From Promethearchaeia archaeon (GTDB lineage Archaea > Asgardarchaeota > Lokiarchaeia > Sigyniarchaeales > SOKP01): a stretch of 32,000 nt of DNA. The notes below the pieces were generated by a model, which worked only from the letters and a program-made list of their open reading frames with translations, was not told the DNA's origin and made no database searches. A program made the translations under genes and the position numbers. The stretch is from assembly GCA_046497275.1 (NCBI GenBank), contig JAWOFX010000167.1:1-32000 (forward strand), in the 5' to 3' direction. Below, in pieces: positions 27,796 to 32,000 of the stretch. Position 1 is the first letter of the stretch. Every line of letters starts with the position of its first letter.

Positions 27796-29034
27796 TCAGT
27801 GGTCTAGTTGCTTTTTCTTATTGAAGAGTTGTTTTAATTCATCCAAAACTTGACCGCGAACATTTTGTTCACTTGTTTCTCTAATTTGATCCGATGTTCT
27901 TATCTCGATTGGAACTCCTGATTGGGCGATATGAAATGCTCCACTCTCAACAGCATTTAATCGAGCGTCAATTTCATTTAATTGTTCTGAAATGCTTTCT
28001 GAAAGTTTAATAACAGCATTCATCACTTCCTCTAAAGTATTACCTAAACCTTCTACTTTTTTCAATGTGGGATCTGTTAGATTATTAGTACTGATAATAT
28101 CCTTTAAATATTTAGAGAATTCCGGTTTGGAAAATTTGGAATAGATTGAACTTAGGTAAGTTTCATAATTAAAATAATATTCCTTGTTTTTGAAAAGATC
28201 TTCCATTTTTTCTTTTATGAGTTCGATATTCAATTTTATTTTTGGATCATCCTTAATATCTGGATCAAACTTGTGAATTAAGATTAAGATATATGGAATC
28301 TCTTCTAATATCACTAAAATATCAAGGATTTGCCTAAAATAATCAAAAGATTCATCAAACCTTTCTGGATCTTGAACATCGATGACATAGATAAGCAAAT
28401 CTATTTGTAGAAAATATTTTTCAGGTTCCTTTAGGTATTTATCCCTATATGATTTTTGACCCCCGAAATCCCAAATAAATAAATCTAAATTTTGTTTCTC
28501 AAAAGTTTGTCGATTCACTCCTTTAGTTGGTTCTAAATTAGAGAGTTCTTGTATACCCTTTTCCATCCCAACTTTTGAAACGATAGCAGTTTTACCAGCA
28601 TTATCTAAACCAACAACGATAACTTTTTGAGCATTTTTATCTAATATTTGTGTTTCTCCATTAATTTGTTTTATTAGATTACTAAGTGTTATAGCTTTTT
28701 TTATATTAATCTCTAAATCGGAATATTTTTTTTTATAGATTTCTAATTTTATTTCTACATCTTGAGAGAACTCAGAATCTTTCTTAGACTTGCTTTGTTC
28801 TTTAATAAATTTGTTTAATGGTGCATCTTTATCTAGTTGAGCTAATTCTTCGATATTTGAAGTTTTTAAAATCTCACTGATTACTCGTGCTTGGTTCTTA
28901 CCTAAAAATTTATAAGCTGAAATAGGGAGCTTAAGAAGATCTTCAAGATTATTAAATTCTTTCTCTAAATATTCCTCATCTAAGAATCTTCTAAAAACTT
29001 CTATTACATCGGAACTTTTAGTATCTGAAGTAAT
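27796..29034 (-). CDS. Arf/Rag-like small GTPase with N-terminal helical domain and C-terminal coiled coil; probable ATT start
   Basis: G1 GLDNAGKT lies upstream of the ATG at 28566 in the same open frame; G3 WDFGGQ, G4 HKFD; frame open to 29040; SD GAGGAGTGA at 29049-29041. Confidence 0.85.
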   Translation of the reverse strand: MTSDTKSSDVIEVFRRFLDEEYLEKEFNNLEDLLKLPISAYKFLGKNQARVISEILKTSNIEELAQLDKDAPLNKFIKEQSKSKKDSEFSQDVEIKLEIYKKKYSDLEINIKKAITLSNLIKQINGETQILDKNAQKVIVVGLDNAGKTAIVSKVGMEKGIQELSNLEPTKGVNRQTFEKQNLDLFIWDFGGQKSYRDKYLKEPEKYFLQIDLLIYVIDVQDPERFDESFDYFRQILDILVILEEIPYILILIHKFDPDIKDDPKIKLNIELIKEKMEDLFKNKEYYFNYETYLSSIYSKFSKPEFSKYLKDIISTNNLTDPTLKKVEGLGNTLEEVMNAVIKLSESISEQLNEIDARLNAVESGAFHIAQSGVPIEIRTSDQIRETSEQNVRGQVLDELKQLFNKKKQLDH

Positions 29035-29040
29035 TTCGAT

Positions 29041-29049
29041 TCACTCCTC
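29041..29049 (-). promoter_or_regulatory. Shine-Dalgarno sequence GAGGAGTGA
   Basis: Archaeal-type SD 6 nt upstream of the in-frame ATT at 29034. Confidence 0.65.
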
Positions 29050-29358
29050 TATGTTTTTATACTCTACTAATTTAAAATATTTCACATAAAAAAAATCTTT
29101 ATAATAAATATAGAAATATGTGTATTTAAAAGAAAGTTATGATCCAGTCTTCTTAAATATGAAAGAAAAGAAATTTTTTTATATAGGATATAGTATCAAA
29201 AACCAGATTCATCAATCCTTTTTTTTTTATGAATAGTTAAATATGTGAAAAAATTCGTCAAAAAAAAATAATTATAAATATTCTATTCGCATAATAAAAT
29301 TTTAGAGGAATTTAATTCAAATAATATTTTCTAATAAATTATATTTTATTTAGAATTT

Positions 29359-30276
29359 ATGCCATCCAATGTCCATAATGATGAATTTTTAGAATTAACC
29401 ATAAAGAACCCTTGTTGCGACTCTCCAAAAGTATCACAAGAGGATGGATTTTATGTTTGTATGAATTGTGGACTTGTTTTTTCCCGGATTATAGATGATT
29501 CTCCTCGCCGCGCGTTTACTGCTGAAGAGATTGAAAAACGAAAAACTAATGAGCGTGTCTATAGTCCTATAGGTCCGCGTACAATAATAAGAGGCAGTCG
29601 AGATGCGAGAGGTACATTATTAAGTCCTAAATATAAATCCAAATTTAATAGATTAGCAAAAATACATCGATCACTTACAACAAGCTTTGAACGAAATCTA
29701 TGGATTGCCCTTCCAAATTTGCAAAGACTACAAAAAAAATTATGTATCCCAGATCAAGTAGCTGATGATGCTTTACGGATATATACACAAACCGTTAAAA
29801 AAAAATTAACGATGGGGCGTTCAATAGATACTCTATTATCTGCTTCTATTTTTTGTGCCTTACGTATTCATGGAATACCCAGAACCTTAGAAGAAATAAC
29901 TAGTGCGGCTCAAATTACAAAGAAAAAAGTAATTAAAAGTTATAGGTTGATATTTATGGAAATTTTACCGAAGCTAAATCTTAAAGTCCAACACTTCACT
30001 TCGGATCGCTATGTGGATAAGTTTAATGATGAATTAAATCTCTCTATGAAATGTAGAAATATTGCTGTAAAGTTAATTAAGAATGCAAGAGAAAATGGTT
30101 TTAATTCCGCTGGAAAGGATCCTAAAGGAATCGCTGCTGCATCTATTTATATTGCTTCTAAAATGTGTAATGAAAATAAAACTCAGAAAGAAGTCTCGGA
30201 TTTGGCAAACATAACAGAAGTAACTTTAAGAATGCGTGTAAAAGATCTTCAATCTTTTAATAGTATTCAAAGTTAA
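29359..30276 (+). CDS. tfb: Transcription initiation factor IIB (TFB) paralogue
   Basis: Zn ribbon CC..P...GFYVCMNCG; two cyclin repeats (GRSIDTLLSASI, PRTLEEI; GKDPKGIAAASIY, TQKEV, TEVTLR). Confidence 0.93.
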   Translation: MPSNVHNDEFLELTIKNPCCDSPKVSQEDGFYVCMNCGLVFSRIIDDSPRRAFTAEEIEKRKTNERVYSPIGPRTIIRGSRDARGTLLSPKYKSKFNRLAKIHRSLTTSFERNLWIALPNLQRLQKKLCIPDQVADDALRIYTQTVKKKLTMGRSIDTLLSASIFCALRIHGIPRTLEEITSAAQITKKKVIKSYRLIFMEILPKLNLKVQHFTSDRYVDKFNDELNLSMKCRNIAVKLIKNARENGFNSAGKDPKGIAAASIYIASKMCNENKTQKEVSDLANITEVTLRMRVKDLQSFNSIQS

Positions 30277-30322
30277 TAAATGATATTTTCTTCAATGATA
30301 TAATAAATTAGTAAATTGAGAA

Positions 30323-32000
30323 TTATATAGGGATTAATTTTTCCTCCTCTTCAAAGAGTGGGAGATTCCGGAGCATTTGATTTATCATAGGCAAATATTT
30401 TTTTATTCTGTCTTTCCAGGAATCAAGAATGAAATCAAGTATCTCCAACTGAAAGAGTTCACTAACTATTTTTCTTATTTTTCCGAGGTTTTTTAAATAT
30501 TCCTCTACATTAATTTCTATTTTATTAAAATCTATACCTGCTTTTTTTGCGCTAATAGTATAAAGAAGTAGCATCAAAGAACTTATTTTATAATCTTTTA
30601 CTTCTGAACGTTTTTTAGCTAACTCTAAATAATATTCTGAGGCTTTTTTATAATCATCATTGGATAAAGCTTTCAATATATCTTGATAATGCCTTTTCTT
30701 TAATGCTTTTCGTTTTTTAAATATCTCTTGAAATTCCGATTTATTATCTTTTAGTTTTTGACTTAATATATCTATTTTTTGATCCATTTCTATTAATTTC
30801 TTAGATTTCTCTCCCCTTTCTTCTCTAGATAATATTTTTTCTTGAAACTCCCCCTTCTTTTCTTTCTTTAAATAAGATCTAATTAACTCTTGTTCAGGTT
30901 TAAACAAGATTAATTTTTCAGAATATATTTTTAGAATCATTGAAATAAGATCATCAAAATTAGCATTCCAAGCGTCTATTAGTTTTATAAATAATCTAAC
31001 TTCTGGTAATTTTCCAATTTCTGGGACTTGCTTATAATACTGATCAAGATTATCTAAAGCGATCTTTTCTCTCTCATTAAATAAATTTATTAGAGAAGAA
31101 ATGATTAAACAAATTCCAGCATGTTTGTTGAATCCTTTTTCGTTTAGTTCTGGAATTAATTTGAGATAAGATGAAGCAGCTTCTAAATAGTTCTGTTCTG
31201 ATATATTCTTAAGTATTGATTCATAATATCTATGCTTCATCAACTTTCGTTTAGCTATATCTTCTTTCTCATTTATTATTGCCTTAGATAAATTGCTAAC
31301 CGTAGTTTTCAGTTCCTCTTTATCAATTGTAATTTTTTCTCTAACTTCTGCTTTAGATATCTTAACATAATCTATACCTAAAATATCATAAAGGATTTTT
31401 TTTTCCTCTTCGAATAAAGGTAATTCTTCCATAAATGAGAAAGCTTGGTTTAATTTTTTCTCATCCTTGACTTTATAGAGGTCTATAATATACTCAATTA
31501 ATAAAATTGGGAACGTATCCAAAAAAAGCTGATTTGATTTTGTTTTTTTCTTAGTGTATTTAATAAATTCATTCATGTTTTTTTGTTTCATTTTAATTAA
31601 ACAAATTACAGCAAATGAGACTGCTGCAAGATAATATTTTCTCAATTCATTCAATTTATCTACTGTGTTTTCATAAATTTCTACAGCGTTCTGGTAATTT
31701 TCATTTTCTAAGAAATTCAACGCCTCTTTAAAATAGGCCCTTTTTAACCCTCTTCTCTGTCTAAATTCGATTTCTTTATCTAATCGTGCATCTTGAGATT
31801 TTTTTTCTATTATTGAAAGCCTTTCTTGTAATGATTTCTTTTTTAAAGTAGTTTCAATCTCTTTCGCTCTTGAGGCGATTTTTTCTTCCTCTGTTGCAGA
31901 GAGTTTGTTATATACTTGCTTTTTGTAAAACTTATCCTCAATTTTATCTAAATAACTCAATGCAGATGAGAGATCCTCCATTTCAATATATAGTTCCGAT
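30323..32000 (-). CDS. Large alpha-helical (TPR/alpha-solenoid-like) repeat protein, 5' truncated by the window edge
   Basis: Frame stays open beyond ATG 31981 to the window end; three internal repeats of about 170-180 aa. Confidence 0.75.
   Translation of the reverse strand, partial: SELYIEMEDLSSALSYLDKIEDKFYKKQVYNKLSATEEEKIASRAKEIETTLKKKSLQERLSIIEKKSQDARLDKEIEFRQRRGLKRAYFKEALNFLENENYQNAVEIYENTVDKLNELRKYYLAAVSFAVICLIKMKQKNMNEFIKYTKKKTKSNQLFLDTFPILLIEYIIDLYKVKDEKKLNQAFSFMEELPLFEEEKKILYDILGIDYVKISKAEVREKITIDKEELKTTVSNLSKAIINEKEDIAKRKLMKHRYYESILKNISEQNYLEAASSYLKLIPELNEKGFNKHAGICLIISSLINLFNEREKIALDNLDQYYKQVPEIGKLPEVRLFIKLIDAWNANFDDLISMILKIYSEKLILFKPEQELIRSYLKKEKKGEFQEKILSREERGEKSKKLIEMDQKIDILSQKLKDNKSEFQEIFKKRKALKKRHYQDILKALSNDDYKKASEYYLELAKKRSEVKDYKISSLMLLLYTISAKKAGIDFNKIEINVEEYLKNLGKIRKIVSELFQLEILDFILDSWKDRIKKYLPMINQMLRNLPLFEEEEKLIPI

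Noticed and set aside
1-32000. CRISPR arrays, tRNA/rRNA, transposases, reverse transcriptase/DGR, selenocysteine read-through
   Set aside because: No regularly spaced short repeats, cloverleafs, GC-rich RNA tracts or relevant protein motifs seen, and no domain interrupted by an in-frame TGA

Overview
AT-rich, gene-dense archaeal window, most likely an Asgard archaeon of the Lokiarchaeia/Promethearchaeota type. This is inferred from an archaeal TFB, Rab-like and Arf/Rag-like small GTPases, roadblock and longin-like proteins, and low GC. The left third (403-11311, all minus strand) holds the most unusual locus. It is a threefold tandem array of an unrecognised membrane protein ('X') plus a processive-type GT2 glycosyltransferase, with a CDP-alcohol phosphatidyltransferase inserted into the middle module. 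A UroD/MtaA-family gene lies upstream and a B12-binding radical SAM gene downstream, with a polyprenol/DAG kinase and a HAD phosphatase transcribed divergently. The GT2 paralogues are mosaic and carry an atypical DCG in place of DxD. The right part has acs divergent from a CoA-transferase-GNAT fusion that lacks the catalytic Glu (candidate acyl-CoA-sensing Acs acetylase). It also has a non-canonical M20 peptidase, an atypical CDF transporter and a repeat-built helical protein. Two genes (UroD-like and Arf/Rag-like) have long upstream in-frame extensions with no ATG/GTG/TTG and appear to start at ATT. No rRNA, tRNA, CRISPR or mobile element was recognised.
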